NCBI GenBank assembly: GCA_013265495.1 | Contig: MU057651.1 | Location: forward strand, 2,334,948 to 2,394,947 | DNA from: Vicugna vicugna | Taxonomy: Eukaryota | Direction of reading: 5' to 3' | Length of the DNA: 60,000 bases | Position numbers and translations under genes: made by a program | The notes under the pieces: model-generated | What the model was told of the DNA's origin: nothing | The model's input: only the letters and a program-made list of their open reading frames with translations | Database searches by the model: none | Shown: positions 36,601 through 47,250 of the stretch, piece after piece | Layout of the letters: each line of letters begins with the position of its first letter | Position numbering within the stretch: position 1 is the stretch's first letter

Positions 36601-39600
36601 AAGCAGAGACAATTTCCTCCATGCACTTTGCATCGCTTCTCACACACATTTCTAGCATCCTTATCAGATTCTCCTCTCCTACAAAGGATTCTTGCTTCAC
36701 TCGGATGGTCCCTACACAGTCATCCCACTCTCTCTTCTGAGCATCAGAGGGCTGTAGACCTTTGAACCTAAAGGCAGGTGCAAGTCGCCTTTTTACTGCC
36801 CCCCCTTCAGTTTCCGCTCAGCGTTGCCAATTCAAGCGATGGTGTGTGCTGAATTCTCAAGGTCTCCCTGCTACATTTTCCATGTTGTAGGCATTTGCAA
36901 GGCATCTGGGGAAGTCATGGGTTTTCCCCAAAGCATTTGCTAGTCACCAGCTGCCTGTTCAGAATTTCCCCCAGATCGATATCCTTACTAACTCAACTTC
37001 CTTAATTCTTCCTTTGCTTATGCAACAAGCAGCCTTTCCTAAGCAGTCTGGTCGTCCATTTCTGCCTTCTCTTGCTAAGAAGCGCTTTCCCAGGAAAATC
37101 CTGCTGCAGGCGAGAAACAAAACTTCTCCGCGAGGGCACCGCCCGGACCGAAGGCAGGTGGCTCCTTAACTCCAGGGCACACCTGTTTTATGTCTGCTTC
37201 AGGTTAGAGCCCTTCACTTCCTCACTCCCACTCCCACTGTCCTGAAGTCAAACCATCCAGGGTCATTGGCAGGTTGGTAGGAGATGGAGGTCGTGGTCGT
37301 GTCTGCACCCGTGTAAGGGGTGTCCTGGGTTCTGACTGCTTTTCGCAGAGTTAGCGCTCAATGCCTGGGGTCTTCTGGGATGGCCGGGCCCTGGAAGACA
37401 CAGTAGGGTAGACCTAGAGATAATGGGCCAACAGCAAGGCTGTTCTCAGTTGCATGCAAGCCCGCGGAGACACACTGCCAAAGCCAAAGTCAGCCCATGG
37501 AGTGTCAGTTCGGCAAGATCACAGTGAGCCTCTCGCCAGCCACCCCAGTCTTAACGACGGAAGGAGACGAAGCTTCAGAAGGTCAACTGAATGACCGCCC
37601 AAGGGTGGAGAGGGAAGCGTGACCCAAACCGGGTCTCCTGGCTTTTCTGAGTGACGCTCTCCGTCCTCCAAACCCAACCTGGTTTGAAGGTCCCTGGCTC
37701 GTCACCTTCACCCTCCACCTGACCTCCACTGATGCTCGGAAGGCCGGCGATGCTCCTCTAAGGCATCTCATCCTGGGACAGAGCCTAACGTCACCTCGGG
37801 GGGCGGGGGGTTGACCGCCATTGTCAAACTGATTCCAAGGACTTGCTCAGCCCTTACAATTCTGCAACCCCTCATCTTGGCCATCAGGAAGATGGCATTA
37901 GATTCGGGCCTACGGGGTGAGCCGAAGTCTACGGACACAGAGGACGATGGCGTGCCTCTGCGAAAAGACACAAAGTGGACGTCACAGGAGATGAGGTTAC
38001 CGTCCCCGATGTCCTCAGGCGGGTCCAACCCAAAGCTCCGATTCCACCCTCCCCTTCACCTGCCTGAAGCTCTTTAAGCACTTGGTCCTTTGTCTGTGAA
38101 AAGACAACAGGGCTGGGTCTTTAAGAGCAGAAATAAATAGCAAGTGGGTTCCCCGGGTTTTCTGCAGCGATGTCTCGCCTTTGACGGTCGCACACTCCGC
38201 GACTTGACAGTCTGCTTCCCCTAATCCATATGCATATACGGTGTATATCACCCCCGCGTCTACGAGACTCACTTAGCCCACGACACCTGTCTGTGAACTG
38301 TCACGAAACGCTAGAACGAGTCTTTCTCTTTCGGGGCGTCAATTCCTCCTTCTGTCATCATTAACCTTGCTAAATGCCCTCTCCCCTCCCCTCGTGAAAG
38401 GCATGAACTGAGTGCTCAGTTTCAAACCTACCCCCTTAGCGCAGCCCGATGGGGAGGGAGGAGCAAGCACGCCGCGCTATCTGCTTCATCAAACATCTAC
38501 TTTTGCTCCATCAGCGGGGAGGGGGCCCCTTTGTACGGTTAACAAATGCAAGCAATTTAGCAACTGGGTTAAAATCTTTGTGAAGTACTGCAACAGCATG
38601 GGACCTGAAGACACTGGTCCTCTGTCTCAGAACTGGTTAATGGAAGACGTGAAGTCTCAGAACGCGCACAACAGTGGCTTCTTACAGAGTCTCCTAATGC
38701 ACTGCTGGGAAAACCTTGAGAAGTTTTCCATCACGGCGGGGAGGGGGGCTGACAGTTTCCACCTTGCCTGTCAATTGCACTGTGGGAGGCTCCTAAATTT
38801 ATTATATGCAGGAAATCATCCGACTGCAAACCTATCCTGGAGGAAGCAAAGAAGCCAGGCGTGCAGGCTTCTCTTCCAAATGCACCACCCATCGTCCCCG
38901 CAAGGCTATGGCGCCCGAGTCTTGGCGGCTCGGTGGGCAGTGGCCATGGGCACGTCTCCATCTAACTCCACCAAGGAGAGGCAGGGCAAGGATTAGGTCC
39001 CATTGGCTCTTCTGCCTCAATCAATTAAAAATAAAAGACTCAGAGCACAAACTAGAACCATCACAAGGGGAGGAGTGGGTTCCACTCGGGGTGAGTGTCT
39101 CCGGAAAGCCCCACTCTTCTGAGTGCTCCAAACACTGCTCACCTCCCCTCGGAAGGTCAGGTGTCAAACGGTACTTGGGGACCATCTAGAAGGAGCCTTT
39201 TTGATTTTTTTTTGGTTGTTGTCCCCCTCCCCCAATCTCCTCACTTTGGGAGGCTCCTTCACTGCAGTGTCCTCTTCCACAAAGTGAGAGTGATGCTGTG
39301 GTCCAACTTCCCAGGGAGGAGACAGGTGAGAGCTTTCTGCTGGCGAGCTCAGAAGTCATGCAAATGCAAGTCACCGAGTCCTGCCCACGCGGCTGGGCTG
39401 GCATCCTCACCAAAGCCAACAGGAGGTCCAGGAACCGACGGGAAGTCTGTGCTGGGAGAGACGGGTCCAGCGTGCCTTGGTGGTGAGCCCCGAAGCGCTG
39501 TTGTCATGGAGAGGCGATTGCTAAGTGTATGACTATCGACCGCTGAACTTGGACTTGCTCTGGGAACTCTGCTCCGTCAGGCAGTCTGGGTCCAGGCATC

Positions 39601-40929
39601 AATCACTGGGGGCCAGCGTCTGTGTCTCACAGGCTTAATGGCGTTGGAATCCACAGTGCCAAAAGCTGTCCTTGGACGCGAACACAGAGCCACTCACAGG
39701 CTGGGGGAGCAAGAGCGAGACGGCCCTGACTTTTGCATCACCAAGAATCTCATAATAAAGCAATTAAACCAACATGCAGTGTCTGTGGGTCTAGTGCTGA
39801 TGGGACGATCCATCAACGTGCATCCACACTCTGCAGCTTTGCCAGCAGAGCCAAACCCCTTGGTTTTACACGCAGGTCACTCAGTTGAGTTGTGCTCTTC
39901 CGATGTGTCCCCAATGGTCATCGACTGTCCTACAAACATGGAGATCCTTCATCTCAACTGGTACCAAGGGATGGGCTCTCGAGTTTGCATACTCTTTCCA
40001 ACAGGATCCCCTTGCTGACAGCAAATCCACACCACATTATTCCATCTCCCCAAATTCAGGGTCATCTGCTGTAACCGATTGCAAACACGCTGCCTGGCGG
40101 AGAATGTTCATGAGGTCTAATCGGAGAAAATAAAGGGATATTATGAGAAGTCAACCCTCCAGCTTAATTGCAAGAGGCTGTTTAAGCTGAAGGAAATTGT
40201 GTATTTGAGCTCTGAAGTGGAAATAAAGTTGCCAGGGTCTGAGATGCATATCACAGAAAATGAGTTTCTTTTCTTCATCAGAGAAACGTGGCCAAGTAAC
40301 CAGAATATTATGAGGAAATCCCAAAAGGATACACAGGCGTTGGACGGCGAGGAGCCACCAAAGACATTGTATCTTTAAATAATTCCTAAATCGCCAACTT
40401 TGTAAATTAGTATCTGTGTTCTTATCCAGCAGGAGTGGAACGGATTACAGTCCTGGACACCCAGGACAGCATTAGAACCGGTTCATTATAAACCTCAAGG
40501 GTCGTGTTTTCAAATTATCCTGTGCCTCCCTCTTGGAAAACAGCTTGAAAATGAACAGAATGATGCGTGCTTAGGATGACAGCATGAACCAAATTGTCAG
40601 AGTCTCTGTAGACCCAAGAAGTAAAGGAACGTGGAGCTCTCGGGGCTGAACTGGGGACGGTGACGCCCCGCCATGTGCGTGCGTTTGGCGCTCCGGGCGG
40701 ACGGAGGGACAAGGAGAAACCGGCTCTTGCAGCCCTCGGGCCAGGAAAAAGCAGTCCCTAAAGACAAAACTGGTTTTCGTGAGTTGGAAAAGTCAAACCC
40801 TTCGAAAGCAGTTACCGAGAAATGGGAATTCACGTTCGGTGTTCTGGCCGCTGTTCCAGGCGCTGAGAAACAAAACTAGGGAATGCACCTCCGTCTTCCT
40901 AGAGGGGAGACAAAATAAATATTAATGGG

Positions 40930-41520
40930 GCAGCACATTGATGATAAACGGGGCTATGGGGAAAAAAACATAAAGAAAGGAGCATAGGAGACCCTTGGAT
41001 GGGGCTCAGGGAGGGCCGTTGTACCTCACAGAGGGTGGTGGTGACAGTGTCTGAGCCAAGGTGACACCTGAGCAAAGATGTGAAGCCAGCAGGGGGCAGG
41101 TGGACAGGTACCCAGGGAACAGTGAACGTGCTGAGCCGGTCCTGACGCTCACGGAAGAGAAAAGCAGACAACAGGTGATGGTAGTTGGGACCAGTGTGAT
41201 TGCCATGGAGATGAGAGGACGTGGATTCTGGACGCCTGTCGGAGGCAGAGCCAGAGGGAGGTCCTGGTGGATCGAACGGTCGGGCAAGGAGGCATAGACG
41301 GTGCCTTCCAGGTTTTTTGACCTCGGCGACTTCCAGCTGCTGTTGGATGAGACAAAGAAGGCTGCAGTGGAGCAGGTTGGAGGGGAGAGATCGGGAATTC
41401 AGCTGGGGACACGGTAAACATGAGATGCTCATTGAACCTCCGGGTGAGATATGTGAGTCGTGACTTCAGAGGGAGGTCTGAACTGCACAGGTCAGGAGAG
41501 ATGTAACATTGAAACCTCCG
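40930..41520 (-). mobile_element. LINE-2 relic
   Basis: aaggtgacacctgagcaaaga, ggtgatggtagttgggaccag, tccaggttttttgacctcggcgac and aattcagctggggacacggtaaacatgagatgctc are typical antisense L2 motifs. Confidence 0.8.
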
Positions 41521-42604
41521 TCCAGCATCTCAGGAACTGAGCAGGAGCAGGGAAGGCCCCGGCAAAGGGGGGCCCCCTGAACACGGTGCTGCCACCGGTA
41601 CCATCAGGTCCAAAGGAAACGTTTATGGACATTTTTTGATAAACTCTACAGCCCTGGATGAATGCTGACTGGCTGGTCCTGGTACCAGCCAAGCTCTGTA
41701 CCAACCGCTTTGAATGAATTCTTCCCAGCTCTGCTCAGATACAGAGACAATCTATTTGCAACTTGGTGAAGTTGCAACTCGGTGAAGTTGCCACTTAGTC
41801 CCAAAGACCTTTCCAGCAGCCCGCTGACTTCCTCAGCTGCTTTCTGATGGATGGCGCCTTCCAAGGATCTTCAAGGACCCCTCCAATCAGGGGGAAGGAA
41901 GGAGAGGGAACGAACGCGGATAACCAGGCACCAGGACGGACGGTTTATACCCACGCTGTCATTCAAGCTTTAAGCCAACTCCACGAAGCAGGACTGAATT
42001 TCTCCGCTGCAGACACAGATGGGACCGTGACGCTCAGAGAGGAGCAGTGACTTAACTGAGTTCCTACGGTGGCCCCATACGGGGCTGGGAGACACAGCAA
42101 GGCCTTCAGGTTTCCAACCCCCACTTCCTCTAAAGCCTGGATAGAAAAGATTTACGATGTATCCACACTGAAAAGAGGAAAGTTGCTCTCACAATGCACA
42201 GATAATCAGTCTCAATTTCTATGTACTTTGCAGACTGCAAAGCTCATTGTCAAAGCTTCATCCTTCCTCGACACATTGATCTGATCCCTCGGCCAAGTCT
42301 GGTGCTGCCAAGGCGGGCAATTTGGCTTTTAGGGGAGATTTTAAAAATTGAAAGGGAACTGGAGAGAAACGGTTTCCACCAAGGGGGGAAGGACGTCTCA
42401 AAGGTCATTAATGAGTCCTTGCAGGGAGCTCAGTCCTCTGCTGGGAAAACAGGGCGTGGGGCAGTGGGTTCGGCTGAAAGGAGGGATCCAAGGTTTGCGT
42501 CCCAGACCAACCACTTAGAAACTGGATACTTCAAAAGAGTGAGCATCCATCCAAGGGCGCCTACCATGCCCCAGCTCATTCAGACGGGGAACATTCCTGA
42601 CGGA

Positions 42605-42660
42605 GGTCTTAATAACCCCATTTTACAGATGAGGCAATGGAGGCACGGAGATCTCAGACA
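42605..42660 (-). mobile_element. MIR core fragment
   Basis: ccccattttacagatgaggcaatggaggcacggaga. Confidence 0.75.
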
Positions 42661-44331
42661 CAAACAGCCTGGCTCCAGTACCTGTCCCTTCGCCTCCAGC
42701 CCCAGGCAAGCCGCCGTCTCTGAACTTAGTGCCTTTGGAGGCACCGTGAGATGGGAATTCATGTCTGGAAATGTTCTCCACAGAGCTGGGCTCAACAGGG
42801 ATGTGATTCGAATACGACCCTTCGTCTTTGGCCAATTCTGTCTTCGGCGAAAGCTCTTTTAAAGCTCCCGCAGGTGGACAAGACAGTTCCCTTACGGCCT
42901 CTGCCTCCCTCCGCGTGTGCAGAAGGCTTTGTCCACCGAGTGGCGTCACCCTCTGTGCCTGAATTTACCACGTTTCTCATCACAGTGCATTTGTGGCCAC
43001 GTCACTGGATTGAGAGCGGGAAACCCTTAAGGGCTAAGGTCACATCTTATGCTTTCTGGGGACCGCCTGTCACTCAAATGCCACCTGCCGTGGCAGGCGC
43101 TCTGTCAACACCTGGTCACTGAATAATGAGAAAATGCACGCCACCAGGAGGTGTGACACCTCCAGAAAGAGCATTCCAGCCCCGTTCCTAAACCACGGCA
43201 TCAACTGGGGCATGACGCCCACCTCTCTACTTTTCTCGATGTTCCCCTGTTCAGGTCAGACCAGCGTCTACTTTTCTTTCACTCACACAGAACATTTTCA
43301 AAACCGTTTCACCCAAAAGCTTTTCGGGTACCTCGATCTTCTCCAGATCATACTATCTGATTCGGTTTTTCGATTTCTTCTAACCAAATGATACTGATTT
43401 AAAAAAAAAAGCCACTAGTTTTGAGAATCTATGTGTATTCTTCTCACAAACACCAAAGGGAAGACAGTGAAAGCGTTACGATGAAGCGGGAACGATTTGG
43501 TTGTCAACTGCATCACAAAACCTAGCGCCAGAGCTGTGAGTGACCAGTGGCCCTGCTGGGTTTCTCCAGAACCTCCAGAGAGGACATGGCGCACCCTGAG
43601 GGGTCTCCTTCTGGGACCCCAGGCGTTTCCCACCCAGGCCCCACCAGCTGGACCCGCCCCCATGTCCTGCCCCTTCTGTGTCCAGGAGCAGGTGGGAGCC
43701 AGTGGTTCGAGCCAAGCCCAAGGGGGGGAACTCCGAGAAAGAAGGTCGAGGCCCTCGCCCCAGCCTGGAAACCTGCGGGCTTGCAAAAGCAGAAGTAGCA
43801 GAAGCTGGAGATCGTGAAAACCAGGAAAAAGAAACTCAAGTACCAGAGTCCTTCTTTTGGAAGTTGCATCCAGGCCCTCAGTCTTTCTTCTCAAGTCGAC
43901 AGTCCTTTTCAGGCAAAACCACAAGCATTGTGTATCAGGTTCACACTGCAGAAAGGTGAATAGAATTTTGTTCATTACCCACAAAAAAAACCCCACTTTT
44001 CCTGTTATTTAAATATACTTGCTCTTTCCCAATTACTGGGGGAAAAAAAAAGAGAGGCTCATTGCTTTGCTGTCTAACATTTTTTTAATTGAAGGAAAAA
44101 TGCCATCGTGATACTAGCTTCCTGTGTACATTATCTCATTTAACTCCAGTGAATTCCAGCACTGGAAAATAGGTATGTTCTTTGTAGTTATACACATGAC
44201 AAACTCAGAGAGGTCAAGCAAGCTGCCAAGACTCACACAGCTAGGAAGAAACAGAACTTTTCACTGTATCTTTTCACCTCATTCGCCCTTTAACCCCATA
44301 AAACCCACACTCCTTTAAAACCCTTTGCCGA

Positions 44332-44429
44332 GGGGATGGTATAGCTCAGTGGTAGAGCGCATACTTAGCATGCACGACATCCTGGGTTCAATCCCCGGTA
44401 CCTCCACATACAAAAAAAAAAAAAAAAAA
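44332..44429 (+). mobile_element. tRNA-Ala-derived SINE (short Vic-1 type) with intact A/B boxes and poly-A
   Basis: ggggatggtatagctcagtggtagagcgcatacttagcatgcacgacatcctgggttcaatccccggtacctcca plus A18; imperfect TSD tttaaaa...ccc. Confidence 0.92.
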
Positions 44430-44829
44430 GATTTTAAAATCCCCTGTCATCTCTGCCAGAACAGAAGTGCCAAGAGCTGCCTCCCTGATTATAACAGTAA
44501 GCTCTGAATAAGTAGCCTTTGATTAATTTTATAGGCATTCTTTATTCTTCTGAAAAGATTACCTCGAAAAGAAAAAAAAGTGGTAATGTAGCAGTCATTG
44601 GCTGAATAAACTAAGCTGTTATTAAACATTCTAACCTTCTGAAAACAGCTAGATACATATATTGCCAAAGAAAGAAAACAACTTTAGAATTACAATTTTT
44701 AAAAGGAGCACCCGGTTTCAATTTCCACTGATATGTTTTCTCCTCCAGTGGGTTTTTATTGCTGTCTCGTTCCTTCTGCTCCACCTGTTTGGAAACTGAT
44801 TTTTCTCTGTTTGCTCCCCGTCTTGATAA

Positions 44830-45310
44830 GACCCCCTGGTTAATAATTATATTTATAGATGGGGAGACAGAGGCTCAGAGAGGTTAAGGTCCTTCGTCAA
44901 GATCACACAGCCCAAACCATCTGGGCTCCTAGCCCCCTGCGCTTCTGTCTTAGGTAGATCTGCCTTGGCCAGAAGTCCACGTCTGAGTCCTTGACCCCCA
45001 CTGCTGGGGACCATGGCACCTGTTTAAAGAGAGAAGCCTGGGGCGGAATGGGGGGGTGGCTAAGAGAACTGCTCTTATCCAAGAACTGGAGGCGTGTGTC
45101 ACAACCCCTCCACTGCACCATCAGCGTCCCTTCGGGCCTTGCACCCCATGTTTCTTGCCTCATTTAATCTTGGCAAGGACCCTTAAAGATGGAGTAGCAT
45201 TGAATTCTTTTGCAGATAAAGAAGATGAGGGTCGGGGAGGTTCAGGAACTTGCCCAAGGCCACAGAGGTAAGGGAAGGTCCAGGAATTAAGTCAAAGAAC
45301 CTTTCACTAG
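44830..45310 (-). mobile_element. Two MIR fragments (~44830-45000 and ~45150-45310)
   Basis: tagatggggagacagaggctcagagaggttaag...gatcacacagc; catttaatct...ttttgcagataaagaa...aacttgcccaaggccacagag. Confidence 0.75.
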
Positions 45311-46559
45311 TCCCGCCTCCTCTGGCCGTAAGCAGGGAGTTAACTGGCTGGGGCGCAACACAGCGGAATTTCAGGACCAACCGAGGAGGAATCCTGTTGC
45401 TTAAATGGTCCAGGGAGAATGTGGCGCTGTTTGTAGCTCATGGAGGGGAGAAGCGAGTTCTCCTGGGGTCGGGATGGCAGGGGCTTGGAGGTCATCAGGG
45501 TGCCCAGCCCTGCCACCTGCAGCCTCTTCACACTGGCCACCACCTTTGGTGGCCACACTCAACTGCCGGGCCCCTTGGCCGGTAGGCAGTTCAGGGCACT
45601 AGGAAGGCCCGCACGTCCTCCCCTTCAAGGCCCACGGCGCCCTGTGTCCCTCTTCCCGGGAACGACCCTGGGTTCAGGTGTGCTGCCCACAGCGATGCAA
45701 CGGGCACTTGTCAGTCCCTGACGGATGATGCGCCCTGCAAGTGTCACAGGGCAGGGGCCTCGACTCCCGCAGCCCAGTCCCTCCCCTAGAGCGCGCGAGG
45801 GCGCGGGGTGCATTTGCAGAATTCGTGGCTCTCCCCTCTTCTGCTCAGACTGAACACCCTTGCCTGACTCCTGCTCGGGTGGGGCCCGCCTAGTCAGAAT
45901 GATGGATTCCTCGCGGAGGGCGAAGAGGTGCGTCGTCAGAGCCGGCATTCCTGTTTGAACCGACACACGGCGCCGCTTCCACGCGGCTCCGGGGAGCGGG
46001 GAGGGGGAGGCCCGAGGTGCACCGAGCCCGCCGGGGACCGGGCTCCAGGTCTGCCCGCCGCACCAGCTCCCCCGCTGCCGCCCTTTCGCACTCGCGTGTG
46101 CACACAGGCCTAGATGGAAGGCGCGATCCTAACTTCTGCCTCGAGCAGGTGGGAGGGAAGACGCGAGAGGTATTCCATTGGTTGTCTGGGAAAATGAACT
46201 GCACCTTCCCCTGACTTGCCGAGGATCAACTTTGCCCACCCCCCTCGGGTGGGCACTCAGCGCCCGGGGTCGCAGCCGGAGCCTGGCAGCCAAGCGGCCC
46301 CGGCGCGAGGGAAGCGGGGCCGGGTGGGCAGCGGGCGTCCGTCCCCAGACGTTGGGGAAAGTGCTACTCGGGGTCCCGAGTCCCCTCCCCCGGCGGGGCG
46401 AGCAGGCGGGTGCCCAGAGGGACGGCCCGTCTCCGGGAGCACGCCCGCCCCGCGCGCGTGGTCCGAGGGTTAAGCGCGGTTCCCGTGGCGCGGCGGCCAG
46501 TGTCGCCGCCGGGGGGGCCCAGCCACGGAGAGCCGGCCACCGCCGGCCACCGCCGGCCA

Positions 46560-46661
46560 CCGCGACGCGGCGCTGGCATGGGGAAGCGCGGTGGCGCGGG
46601 GCGTGAGGAGGTGGGGGGAGCGGCGCGGGCGAGCGGGCGGCAGCGGGCGGAGGGCCAGCAG
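46560..46661 (+). other. IKZF1: Candidate upstream alternative non-coding first exon (start uncertain)
   Basis: ...gcgggcggagggccagCAG|GTACGG donor at 46662 inside the CpG island; resembles a recalled IKZF1 5' UTR variant ending GCCAGCAG. Confidence 0.45.
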
Positions 46662-47077
46662 GTACGGCCCGCGCGCCCCGCCGCCCCGGGGGCCCCGCCG
46701 GGGCGGGGGTACGTGGGACCCGGCCACGCGGTAAAGTTTGTGCGCGCGGCCCCGGAGTTGCGGGCGGGCCGGCGGCGCGCCCCGCTCCGTGCCCGGCTCC
46801 ATGTGTCGCTCGGTGCCCCGCGCCCCGCCCCCAGTCCCTCTCCGATCCCCGCGCCCCGCGCCCCGCGCCCCGCTCCGGGGGCGTCTCCCATCCCCGCGCG
46901 CCTCTCCGAGCCCCTCTCCCATCCCCGCCCCGGTGCAGCCCGGCCGGCGTGCGGGCGCAGCCCCGCAGGTGGGGAGCGCGGGCCGGCGGGGGCGCGGCGC
47001 GCAGGGGGCCCCGGAGCGCGGCCCGTGGGCGGCGCTGTGCGCGCGGAGGAAGAGCTCGGCGGCCCGGCGAGCCGGGC

Positions 47078-47250
47078 GCTCTGACAAGTGCCCGCGCGGC
47101 CCGCGGCGGGGGCGGCGACTGCGGCGACGGTCCCTGGGGCCCCGCGGGGCGCAGCCGAGACCCGCGCGGGACCCTTGGCGCGGCGGGGCGGCCGAGCCCG
47201 GCTCTGAGGACCCGCTCTGGACCCCCCCGAAGTGCGACGCCCGAGTCCAC
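47078..47250 (+). other. IKZF1: IKZF1 non-coding exon 1 (5' UTR)
   Basis: Starts gctctgacaagtgcccgcgcggcccgcg and ends gaagtgcgacgcccgagtccac, similar to the recalled human 5' UTR (ACTCTAACAAGTGACTGCGCGGCCCGCG...AAAGCGCGACGCACAAATCCAC); donor GTGAGT follows at 47251. Confidence 0.85.

Noticed and set aside
38406..38421. Inverted repeat AACTGAG-TG-CTCAGTT
   Set aside because: Seven-bp arms occur by chance, and the spacing does not match a Maf recognition element.
44332..44407. Apparent tRNA-Ala(AGC) gene
   Set aside because: Extra 5' bases, stem mismatches, poly-A tail and several sibling copies in the window identify it as a SINE.
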